Shown here one piece after another: positions 13,401 to 22,945 of a stretch of DNA of 64,000 nucleotides. This DNA comes from Trichosphaerium sp. ATCC 40318 (Eukaryota; Protista; Tubulinea). The notes beneath the pieces were generated by a model. That model was not told the DNA's origin and did no database searches. It saw only the letters and a program-made list of their open reading frames with translations. Made by a program: the position numbers and the translations under genes. How positions within the stretch are numbered: the stretch's first letter is position 1; each line of letters opens with the position of its first letter. The DNA is taken from positions 89,506 to 153,505 of the forward strand of contig JALMLS010000478.1 in NCBI GenBank assembly GCA_038496445.1, written 5' to 3'.

Positions 13401-15185
13401 ATCTTCGTGCATTCTAATTTGCCAGTACCCGGAGATAGCATCAAATGTACTGAAGTATTTTGCTTTTGCTAACGCTTGCATCATGTCATTGACACGCGGC
13501 AATGGGTGTACGTCTTTCTTGGTCACCTTATTTAGGCGCCTGAAATCAATACAAAACCTCCACTCCCCACTGCGTTTCTTTACCAGTACCACTGGTGATG
13601 ACCATTCTGACTTTGAGTATTTAATCATGTTATTCTTTAACATTTTCTCGATTTCAGCCTTCGCAATTTCTCTCTGTTTTGGTCTCATTGGTCTGTAAGG
13701 AGTACTAATCGGTCTCGTACCCTGAGGTACAGGTATACGGTGTTTAATGCCTTTCACAGCACCTGGCTCTCGCAATGAATCTACAAAGATATCATCGTTC
13801 TGAGCCATGAACTTATACGCTTTCAACTTCTGTTCTTCTGTGAGGCGACATCCATTAAGTTTAAATCTCTTTTGTGCAGCGTATACATCCTCCATGGTTA
13901 CCTTCGCGCACAAGTCTACTATATCTTGTTTATGCTTTCGGTAATCAAAGTTAAGAGAACACACTTCGTCTCCTTCTTCAAGTGCTCGGAAGCTAGCTAT
14001 GTTATAGTTCGCTGGTATCCTTCTCATCACATTGTGAGGGTTCATGACTCGTACTCTTACTAAAGACCTACGTGCCTTACACACCGATCTACTCAATTGT
14101 ATACCCACGTCGTTCAACAGGTTAGCATGACCGCCCTGGTTCTCCAACTGCAGAGGTTCTATCAACCCTTCTTTGTTGTTCACCGGTGTTGACAGTTTTG
14201 CTAGGAACGAACATTCTGTGTATGGCGGTAATTTGATTGCGTTCGTAGTAATCACATTTGCGTACTGCGTCTTTCTATCATTTTCTTGGGTACATGTAAT
14301 GGGTACTTCTTCTCCTTTATGGTTTATCATCATCAACCTTCCGTAATCAATACACATGTTCCACTTTTTCAACATTGTAGTTCCAAGTAATAACTTATAT
14401 TTGAACTCTTTAATCACGTGACACCACACCGGTATCTGCGTCTTACCGATTGTGATTTGCATTTTAATCAAACCCAAAGCTTTAATTTGCTTGTTATCCG
14501 CTGTGTATATTGGCCTTGTAGCATCAGGTATGATATTCTTTTGCAACTTCAACCGTTCTACCAGACGCGAATCAACAATGCACATTGAAGCTCCAGAATC
14601 TAACAACGCATTGACTTTTAGGTCGTTAACACGCACGCGCGCCTTGGTGACAGTATAATGGAACGCCTCACTTTTCTCACCCTCATTATCACACACATTC
14701 AACAATCTTGCCGTAGCAGACAAATGACACGAGTTATCAAACAACACATTGTAACTCCAAAAACTTTTATTGTCACGATCTCTACGGTACGAATCTTCAT
14801 CGCGATCTCTTCTTCGCAGCTCTCTCTCTCTTCTGTAACCGTCTCTGTCACGGTCGTCTTCACGTTCACGTCGGTATCGATCTTCGCTTGGGTAATCGTC
14901 ATCCATCGCGTTAACTCTTCTTGCTGAGGGACAATCATAACTCATATGGCCATACCCATTGCAGTTAAAGCACTTCGGTCCATCATCCAAGCGTTTCCTT
15001 GGTGGCGAAGAGCGTCTCTGAGCGGTGATGGTCATATATCTGTTGCCTTCCAGAGTATCCTTGACGTTGTCCATATCCACTGGATCCATAATTGCGGCGG
15101 TTGTTCGTCGATCTGTATCTCTGCTGTTGACGTCCTTGATACCCTCGTTGCGATCTCCACTTAGCTTGGCGTACTCCTCTGTCAT
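10473..15185 (-). CDS. pol: Pol polyprotein (CCHC knuckle, aspartic protease, RT, RNase H, integrase, C-terminal extension)
   Basis: CFNCNGYGHMSYDC; LLDSGAS; FCIDFRRLN, MPFGLKNA, YVDDII; VDASQ..YTDHKPL; H..GH..C..C, MDIVGPLP, TDQGGDF, QVERFN; GPY module. Confidence 0.97.
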   Translation of the reverse strand: MTEEYAKLSGDRNEGIKDVNSRDTDRRTTAAIMDPVDMDNVKDTLEGNRYMTITAQRRSSPPRKRLDDGPKCFNCNGYGHMSYDCPSARRVNAMDDDYPSEDRYRREREDDRDRDGYRRERELRRRDRDEDSYRRDRDNKSFWSYNVLFDNSCHLSATARLLNVCDNEGEKSEAFHYTVTKARVRVNDLKVNALLDSGASMCIVDSRLVERLKLQKNIIPDATRPIYTADNKQIKALGLIKMQITIGKTQIPVWCHVIKEFKYKLLLGTTMLKKWNMCIDYGRLMMINHKGEEVPITCTQENDRKTQYANVITTNAIKLPPYTECSFLAKLSTPVNNKEGLIEPLQLENQGGHANLLNDVGIQLSRSVCKARRSLVRVRVMNPHNVMRRIPANYNIASFRALEEGDEVCSLNFDYRKHKQDIVDLCAKVTMEDVYAAQKRFKLNGCRLTEEQKLKAYKFMAQNDDIFVDSLREPGAVKGIKHRIPVPQGTRPISTPYRPMRPKQREIAKAEIEKMLKNNMIKYSKSEWSSPVVLVKKRSGEWRFCIDFRRLNKVTKKDVHPLPRVNDMMQALAKAKYFSTFDAISGYWQIRMHEDDAEKTAFATEWGLFECVGMPFGLKNAQATFQRHMNLMLSGLLWQTCLCYVDDIIVFSSTFEDHLVHLKLLFERLREHNMKLKAKKSVLFKDKVEFLGHVVSAEGVATNPRITDAIQKADPPRTVEEIERCLGLTGYYRKFVPKYAHVVEPLNSLRRTGVRWRWGKEQQLAFEKIKDMLSSPPILRHPDFTKPFEIHVDASQVAAGGTLVQRHKKKQHVVAYFSKTFTAPQRKYSTIEREMLGIVLALREFKGYLSFAKFKLVVYTDHKPLQYLQNLADPKPMLARWLLEVQQMDFVLVYKKGATHTDADALTRPPWASDKLNALANDTYNNEALCNINAVETSLWTGDDTFTKFGNTERREEVNVLENTPEYGAINWAECQEKDPELKAYIQFLTQGKVPSYVTRQRGFRRSVFITFARRLKYDETSGILYHVNRTNRSFGESNKMQIVVPKTLQPFVLRQCHDLPFAGHLGFIKTYGKVSERFYWAGMYSDTREWCKSCRMCQRAKSPRLPKPGFMVEFPVLQPMQLVAMDIVGPLPDTRNGNKYLLVITDHFTKWVDAYALPRHKAVDIAPVFVKEFCFRYGIPNRVLTDQGGDFTGALMKEVYKILRIEGSRTAAFHPQTDGQVERFNHTLIEIIRAFVNEDQNNWDYWIPYALYAYRTAVHHVTGYAPYALMFGREPRLPIDLTKEETVEVPDTYNMGNWVDSLAHRIRFAYQIARENILKAKKTQAKYYNERTRFVNFQAGQLVYIFVPQVKTGEKKKLAKRWRGPYEILELMSPNTALINLPPQSRMSRVINFRRLKPFIDSFLRPEGALTQDEQMRKFEGREEEFHDPDRSKTYLPNIKAEAELTTAGDAMTTTKVIAKRIREIRENTKKADMVKDKTTKGYEHRIEILLKVLGTIKDKILIIPMKDSVKALLSIVGKGSPYMRSNSTQSRLVAQVKRCKDVRELKAWIEAIIENEEEVFERERQLKD

Positions 15186-16278
15186 ACTCGTCTACACATT
15201 GTCGCTTAGAGTCGTCATCTCTTCGCGAATCTGCTTTTCTTTTCGTCGCCAACGAATTTAGCGCATCTTTGCGTCTAGCTGCCTCTACCGCTTCCTGTAC
15301 ACGTCTGTCTTCCTCTTTTTGCTTCTTAGCGTCCTTATCTGCGACCTCTTGACTAAGCTCCTGCCACGACGCCGTTTTGTAGATCGTTTGTGCTCCTGAC
15401 GTGTTGATCTCTCCTTTTAACGTCTTCATCACAAATTGGCGCGTCTCTGCCTTTAAACCTTTCAAAAACGCTGCCGCACGCGTACGTTCGTCGACCAGAG
15501 CTGTATCCGCCAATCGCATGCAGTATTCATAATATGCCGTCAAACTTTGCGTCTTTTTCTGTTGTACCGACTGTAACAACTCCAACGCTCGTACGGACTG
15601 TACAGCCATCTGAAATCCCTGGATTAACGCTCTAATAGCTTTTGCGTAATCTCTGTTGAACTTTCTCGCCTTCAACAATCTCGCTGCACGTCCTTCACAC
15701 CTTTGTCGTAACACATATACACATGCTTCTTCATTGCACTTGAACACCGAGCAATATTCTTGGATCTTTGACAAGAACACTTCTAACTCTACGGCTTTGC
15801 TTGAAAACATCGGTATGTGGTTGAAACGCTTGCACTCCGTTTGTTTACGCTTGTTACCGCGCCATTTAACCCTCTTCGGTTTGTCCTCATCATCGTACAC
15901 AAGATGTGGCATAAAGGCTAATACCGTCGCTCTCTCTGCTTCTGTGATCTCCGTAAGATGTTCCAAAACGCTTCGACTCCTGACCATTGCTTTTGTGCGT
16001 TCCTTTGATTTATCTTCCGACTCTGAACTTGAACTTGAAGAACTAGCTGTACTTGTGGAACTATCACTGCTAGAACTGACTTCCTTCGAATCACCTTTCG
16101 ATCTCCCTTTTCTTTTTGGCTTTGTGTCTTTTTCTTCCTCATCAGCCTTCTCCTCCTTTCTTTTTCCTCTCGGTATACTCTCCTCCTCCTCTTCTTCAAC
16201 ACTTTCGACGTACTCTTTATCCAAAGTCTTCTTTGGCTTCCGTCTCTTAGTAGTAAGCTTCGTTTGTGTTTTAGACAT
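14983..16278 (-). CDS. gag: Gag-like ORF
   Basis: 431-aa ORF starting 20 nt after the 5' LTR, with a capsid-like segment (VQQKKTQSLTAYY..FLKGLK) and overlapping pol in another frame. Confidence 0.85.
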   Translation of the reverse strand: MSKTQTKLTTKRRKPKKTLDKEYVESVEEEEEESIPRGKRKEEKADEEEKDTKPKRKGRSKGDSKEVSSSSDSSTSTASSSSSSSESEDKSKERTKAMVRSRSVLEHLTEITEAERATVLAFMPHLVYDDEDKPKRVKWRGNKRKQTECKRFNHIPMFSSKAVELEVFLSKIQEYCSVFKCNEEACVYVLRQRCEGRAARLLKARKFNRDYAKAIRALIQGFQMAVQSVRALELLQSVQQKKTQSLTAYYEYCMRLADTALVDERTRAAAFLKGLKAETRQFVMKTLKGEINTSGAQTIYKTASWQELSQEVADKDAKKQKEEDRRVQEAVEAARRKDALNSLATKRKADSRRDDDSKRQCVDEYDRGVRQAKWRSQRGYQGRQQQRYRSTNNRRNYGSSGYGQRQGYSGRQQIYDHHRSETLFATKETLG

Positions 16279-16280
16279 CT

Positions 16281-16295
16281 CTGCTCGAGTCGCCA
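16281..16295 (-). other. Primer-binding site (tRNA 3'-end complement, possibly tRNA-Arg)
   Basis: TGGCGACTCGAGCAG begins 2 nt after the 5' LTR; TGG complements CCA. tRNA identity is inferred from the GTCG-CCA end. Confidence 0.75.
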
Positions 16296-16297
16296 GA

Positions 16298-16390
16298 TGT
16301 AACAGGTAAAGATGTCACTCCGAACACAATATTTATTATCTAGGCCTTTTACATAGGTTGACTTTTACGTGGAGTAATTTCCCTCTTACA
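16298..16390 (-). repeat. 5' LTR (93 bp)
   Basis: Identical to 10282-10374. Confidence 0.95.
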
Positions 16391-18902
16391 TGTCACAAAT
16401 CACCATTGCTCACACCAACAAAACATCGCTGGGTACACCTAACGACCAAATATGTTTGTCCATAACGTCATATAGCTGTTATTGTTTTTAATGGTGTGGA
16501 AACAGTACGCAACCAATTTATTTTGAATCTCATTTAACTGCTTTAATTAGGTTGTAATCAATTCTTGTTTGATTGAGGACAATAATATTATTGATGCTCC
16601 ACTTTTATTCATATTTTCAGGTGAAGCAGAAATATCAAACTCTAGTTTTGTGAGAAACCAAGTGAGCATACCATCTATTGGCAGATGCACGGGTACTATC
16701 TTACTTTCAATTATGAGTACTAATCCTCTTGGAATAGAGTCTGTGGATTTACTGAGTGTTAGTAGGTTGCTTGTAGATTCTTGTGTGTTTGAGAATAATA
16801 CTTGCATGTACGTTATCTTGTTCTGTTGTATCGTGAAGTATCTTGCCATTTACAATACTCGTTTAGAAGAACAAATTCTTCAGCAATTCTAACTTCTCCT
16901 TCATTTGATGGGTTGGAAAGCAACATTACAATAAGGTCAAGAATATTCTATTTACTGGTGAAGTGCTTACTTTGCGTAGAAATACAATATTTGCTAGTGA
17001 TGGTAATTGTGAAACAAATGTATTAGTTACTTGTTTTAATAATCAGAGATAGTAAACACAAATCCAGTATTTTCTTGTCGCTCGATAACAAATAATTTCA
17101 CTTGCAAATGTTACAGTACTACATTCTTTGGAGAGTGTAACACAACTGGTACCAATATTCATACTCAATTTAACACTAACTGATAGTATTTAATAGTTAC
17201 ATGCAACAACGAGCAGTACTGTGGTAAGACTTTTACAAAGAACAATGGAAAAAAAGACGTAACCTCTTTTAATCTTACATTTTAATTGCTTATATTCTAG
17301 TAATCCCAACAGTTGAGCCACCAATTGCACCTACAGCTGTAACTCTACCAAATAAAATTGTGTTATCTGGTCCTTTGATAATAGATGGAGATTTGATCCA
17401 CTCAGGAACAGCTACAATTACTCCAGGAGGCTTTCTTGAAGTTGAAGGTAACACGTGATTCAATTTTTGATATTTTATGTTATTGAGTCATCCTTGATCT
17501 CATCAAGTGTAGGATCTATTGTGATACCACCAAACACGATGTTCATCATTGATTTCACTGGTTACAATGATACACTTGTTGATGACACAAGAATAGAAGT
17601 AATGAGAAGTAACAATGGCACAATAACCGGTAATGTTACGTTTGTTCCACCTTCAGAAAAAACGTGTTTAAGTGCATCACTTGATAGGACTCTTTCATCG
17701 TATGTCTATGTCTACTTTTGAGTCATCTAAATGACCCTGATTTTGATTTTAGGATATTTGTAATTGTATCAAGACCTGACACTTGTAGAACAGAAACAGT
17801 GAACGTTGGTATGGTGTTTGGTATTACTTTCGGTGTTATTGTATTGTTGGTATGTTGTTATCTTGTTTTAACGTCTTCGTAACTTTTGACTTGGTGATAG
17901 GTGGTTATTGGTCTTATTGTCATCTTCTTTGTTACAAAGTTGAGACATGCAATTGTACCATACTCATTACGTAAAATCTCACTAAAAGTTACTTCTACTG
18001 AAAGTTAATTGTAATAAACAATCGATTTAAGGCTCTTTGTTCAATTTAAAGTTCCATTTTATAGTTCAGTTGTAAAGAGCATTTACCTGCACCTATGTTC
18101 ACAAACCATGTCGAAAATCAGGCTTAGTATTAACAAACTAGCGTTATTTGAACGAGAACAAGATTACTTTTTTTCTAATGTTATCTTGCAACAAAATTAC
18201 TAACCGTTTCACCGAGTACTATCTAGCATACCAAATATTAACTGTTTGCCATTGCAAAGTTTTTGTGGTTTGTCTACAAGCCAAAAAAATTCGGTGTTTG
18301 ATAAGCTGCAAGCATAATCGTTTTAATAATAACGGAGTTACTCCAATAAGCCTGTTATATGCGGCTTTGAGTTTGAAATCATGTGCTAGTTTTGTAGTAT
18401 TCTACTGGCTATTGGTCATGATAAGGGTAATCATTGTGCTCATTATCAGAGTTAGATTAAGAGTGACACTTCAAGTAAGGACATTCACAGGATTTTATCC
18501 AAAACACAAAAGCCGTTTATCCAAAACAGACTCAAATCAAAGGAATTTACGACTGTTACTATTATACACGTTATATCTTGAGTTATATTGACCCATAATA
18601 CCTTAAAATGGCTTTGATTGAACTATTTAGATCATGCGTTCTTGTTGATCTACAATACCAGATTGGAGGAGAATACGTCTCACCTAGCTTCGATCCCCTG
18701 GATCACTTAGCCAGAGACCCTTCCATTTATTTTAAATCTTAATCTTCCCTGGTACTGCTGATGTTGTTTTTGACGATGCTACCGTACTTAAACAACTACC
18801 TCTCACTTATCAAACAGCAGTAAAATACTTATTTTTCTCTTATAGTTATGGTAGTCTTGCTCAGAAGTGATAGTTTATTAAACTCATAGTAGTACAAAAT
18901 GT

Positions 18903-21084
18903 TTATACCAAGTCAATGGCAGATCTTGCACGCAATTCAAAGTCCTGTATGACTCCACCTTCTTCGGTGACGTCAACTTGTTGAGAACTACATCTATATC
19001 CTTCCGCACAAGCAGACACTGTCCATGTACCTTCAGGCAACCAAAGGAAATAAGATCCTAAAATATCCTGAATTAGCAGCCACCACAGACAATGAACAGA
19101 CATTGTTTTTACAATAAAAGTACTCTACCTGTTCTTGAATTTGTCGGTCTCTCCTCATCAAAGAACCACGTGATTTCTTCAAGAATATTAGAAAAACATC
19201 AACAACTTTTTTGTCGTACCATCAACGTCAAGGAAAGCTTCAAGAGGCTCACCAGTATCGCTGTCAGTAACATGTCCTGAAAGTGGTATTGGGAGAGTTA
19301 GATAGTATAAAGTGCCTGGCCACACCTAGACAATTTGTTTAGAAAGGCAGACGAAATAGAACTCACCCTGAGGACTTCCTCTCTCATGGCATCTGCTGGT
19401 GGTTGAAAGGTTGTTCCTGTTTCGATAAGCGTAGCAAGAGTACCAGAATCATGGTATGCTGTGTGAATATCACCTCCCATTGCAGTAGAAGCTTGAAAAA
19501 AGTAAGAAAGAGAAGTAACTGATTTCCACTGTAAATCGTACATGCAAGAACATATGACATAAACTCTGCGAGTGTATCACCAATTTCTAAGTTAACCGTT
19601 AGTAAAAACGTCTCTGGAATCTATTGTAACCACGTGCCATCGAACAAGGCCTTTATGCATGTTGGTAGTGGCGTGCCTCCTCCATAGTTAGGTCTTGTAT
19701 CTGTAAGGATTATCATGAGCAATTTGGTTTCCAGCCACAAAACGAACCTCTTGAAAAACTGTGCCAATCTATCAACTTTGCAAATCTGCGATCTCTTTGA
19801 AAAGCGAGCATTGTTTGTGTCTCGGCCTCACTTGCTGGGTTTCTTCCTCTGAAAGTATCGGAGAATGGATTGGTAGAACCACCTATTGTGAAACACTTTA
19901 GCACTTACAAGACGAACAGTTTTATAAGTACCACTTGGGAAATCCCATCCGAATGGGTAGTTACGGTTCAAATCAATACCGAACGCGCCACCACCATTAT
20001 TGCGTCTGTTCTTCCTCCAGAACGCGTTTGTAGTCCACGTGTAATCAAGACCATCTAAAAAATTATTAATTGTCAATTAACATTGTTTTTGTCTGGATTT
20101 TGTTCAAACGCGCCTGGATTCATTGTCCAGATAATATATATCTGGTTCTCTTCCACCAACTCTGTTAGGGTAGTCTCTCCATCCAAATACCCATTAACCA
20201 AGCGCTCAGCGGCATCCAGAGCAAGTTGAGGACTGTTTAACCAGGTTAGCCACGTGGTTTCTAATACATTTTCTGAACTTACGTTATGAGTTCTCTTGAG
20301 TGATGATTAGCTACAAGCAAGATGTTTGGTTGATCTTCGTCCTTAAAAAGAATAAGTTGGTAACAAAACTCAGAAGTTCGTTTAAAAATAAAAACCGTAC
20401 TGCTGTCACGTTTTCTGATATTTTTAGAGCGTAAATAGATTGTCCTTCTACTGTAAATTCAGTATTGTAGATATCAGTTAAATCTTCGAGTTGTGCGATA
20501 TCAGGCGCTGTAAAAAAGAGCTGTTAGCAATAGGATACGTTTAAACTATTGAAAGAATTTGTTTTTTGACGTTATTACTCGTCACGTGCCTAACTCAGCC
20601 AAAGCCGTAAATTTATCAAACAAGTCTTGAGGTGTATCGTATCCGAGTGGTGGGTTTTTTAAGCCTTGCATCCTCCTCTCTTGGATTTTATAAAACGGTT
20701 CACCTTTTAATTGTACGTTAGTTTTTATAACGCCGTACTTGTAGTAATAAGAGTGTGTTGTCAAATAGTGATTAAATTGTGAAATGTCCTGTGTTTTTTT
20801 TTGCTTTTTTTTGAAGTTCAACATTGAACTTTCTAGTACAAGCCGACGCTCGTACCAATTTCCTTGGCAATGATGTTATAGCCCAAAGATTTGAATACAG
20901 CTTCATCATTATTACATCCAATAACAAGAAGTGTAGAGTCATTTTTAGGGTAGACATCGAACCCACGTTCTTCAAGAGCTGATTTTTTCAGCTTCCCTTC
21001 CAAAACATAACTATTTAGCCATAGATCATCAGAAACCGCCAATGCTATAAAGCAAAGGGTAGATAAGAGTATAAAGAGCTTCAT
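18903..21084 (-). CDS. Secreted zinc carboxypeptidase, M14 family (carboxypeptidase T-like) with C-terminal regulatory-like domain
   Basis: Signal peptide; HHSRE (HxxE), MNPDG, WRKNRR, GIDLNRNYP, ASEAET, DWHSFS, LIETG; tail GSYFLWLPEGTWTVSACAEGY. Three introns need GC donors. Confidence 0.92.
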
Positions 21085-21861
21085 ATCGTGTTGGTTGTTT
21101 AAAATTGTCCTTTAAGATCACACAGTTCACCAATCACTGTGGTCAATGAACCCGTTAAAAATATTTTTATTATCCACAAAATAACTAAAAAACTAAAAAG
21201 GGCAATTAGTATTGTGAATGGGGTTGCCGCAAGTGTCGGCCATACACCATTCTATGTAGTTTTAGGTGTTGCTGGAATACCAGACAATGAAAAGGCAGTA
21301 TAGACCAGCACTAGGGTAACAAGGCATTAAATTCGGCAGAATTTGAGGAGCGCTATTCTTGGAAGTTTGTATTTTTGTAAGTTATTTTGGCGACAAAATC
21401 ACGTTTGATAAATTATAATCACGTGGTACACATTTTTTGAATAGCGTGATAATTTACGACTAAAAGAGCTATTCTCTTAAGCACAGCGTAATGTCCGAAA
21501 ACGATTACATAACCTATGCCAATACGCTATGTATGTAGAGATAAAACTACCGGTATTTATTTAGAAGGAATCACAAACTGATACAAAATCTGCTCCAGAG
21601 ACCCACCGTAGAAATTATCTCTGTTGCTTTCCAAACGCCAAATATTTGCACTGGTTGCATGAAAGCAACTGAATGTTATTTTAGCCGGACCATTTCTTGT
21701 CAAAGTGTGCGCAGGTTGTATAAAACTGCAAGTAAAGCTAAAAATAAACTGTTTTTTTTGTTTACAGGCATTTTTATCCATACATAAACGCTGGAAGAGT
21801 TGGCTCTTCTGGTTTAGGATATATATAGCAGCACTTGGTTAAGCATTGCAAGCATCTGCAT

Positions 21862-22194
21862 GGGTCCTGTAATTTTCAAAACAAATCGTTGCTCAATCGA
21901 GCTATGAATGTTCTAAGCGTGGCAAACTACACATTCCGACACTGTCATTTGATTGCTGGCTATTTTTCTTGGTTAAGTGCGCGGTATCTTGCGGTTGTTT
22001 TGTCAAACCTTAGATTTACGTTGTCATTGAATGGCAGCATTTTTGGAAATGGTAAAACAAACGTAAGTGAAAAAAAACCGGCTAGCAATCAAAATGACAG
22101 TGTCGGAATGTGTAGTTCGACACTGTCTAGGAGCGTAACTAGACCATTCATAGCTTAATTAAGCAATGATTTGTTTTGAAAAATACGGGGTCTC
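21862..22194. mobile_element. Degenerate foldback/MITE-like element with ~105-125 bp inverted arms
   Basis: Left arm TTTTCAAAACAAATCGTTGC..AGCTATGAATG..AACTACACATTCCGACACTGTCATTTGATTGCT recurs reverse-complemented at ~22070-22194. No clear TSD. Confidence 0.75.
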
Positions 22195-22945
22195 TGACAT
22201 CATAACCCAATTAAATAAAAATCCTCATTTTCTGGTTATTGTTGTATGCGGTTTCAGAGATGTCATCTATTCCATTAGCATTAATATGTGATGATCATTT
22301 CGCTGTTTAAAAGGATTTATGAGGACCTTTGAATCTAATATTGATACATACAATATACCATTCTAATACGCTTGTATACCAGCGCTAGTTATCACATTGT
22401 TTGAATTCCAAAATAGTTTGAAAAATGAGTTTTTATAAAAAAGTTGTTTTGACTGTCAGTACTATTCCTCTGTGCAGCATAAACATATCGCAAAATGGTT
22501 TTGCGCATATGCAATTATATCATTACAGCTATATGTTCTAAGCATCAATTGAAGTGTAAGATGGTTCTGAGGTGAGTAAAAATGTCTCAAAGATTCTCGA
22601 AATCCACAATTATCAAACATCAAAAATTTGGTAATTCTGTAACTTCCTCAAAAGCGATGCTGCCCCGAAACTTAGATTAAATTCAACAATATCTAATTTT
22701 TCACAAACATACAAATGTCAATAGATATTTAGATATCTAAACATGGATGAGAGCAAAAATATAAGGTAACATTGAGCTTTCGTTAGTTGTCGTCATCGTT
22801 GTAACAAACAATGAGAACAGATCACACTTGATTGGGAAAACATTTTTTAGAAACTGTTTTAGGTCATCAATCACGTGCGTTGAATTCAAAAACTATGAAT
22901 ATCATTACCGTTCTAGTTACGAAGCGTAACTATTTACTTTAGAAA

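Larger units (their letters stand above)
10282..16390 (-). mobile_element. Full-length Ty3/Gypsy LTR retrotransposon, 6109 bp
   Basis: Identical 93-bp LTRs (TGTAA...TTACA), 4-bp TSD TGTC (10278-10281 and 16391-16394), PBS, PPT, gag and pol in PR-RT-RH-IN order. Confidence 0.97.
9363..18008 (+). pseudogene. Surface-protein family copy B, disrupted by a MITE (exon 2) and an LTR retrotransposon
   Basis: Removing both insertions and one TSD each restores the frame (..LLSNYYTGLGVTKSVDIY.. and ..QDCVLSQIT..), matching copies A, C and D. Confidence 0.88.
4890..18620 (+). repeat. Tandem segmental duplication, two units of about 3.7 kb (4890-8559 and 8560-~18620, the second enlarged by TE insertions)
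   Basis: GAAGCTGGAAGTACAAT..AAGTACCTAACCAAGGAGAC recurs at ~4890 and ~8560. Upstream region, surface-protein gene and downstream F-box fragment are collinear in both units. Confidence 0.85.

Noticed and set aside
10469-16309. Plus-strand ORFs antisense to gag/pol (e.g. 10597-11034, 15656-16309)
   Set aside because: Shadow frames of a long coding region, with no motifs.
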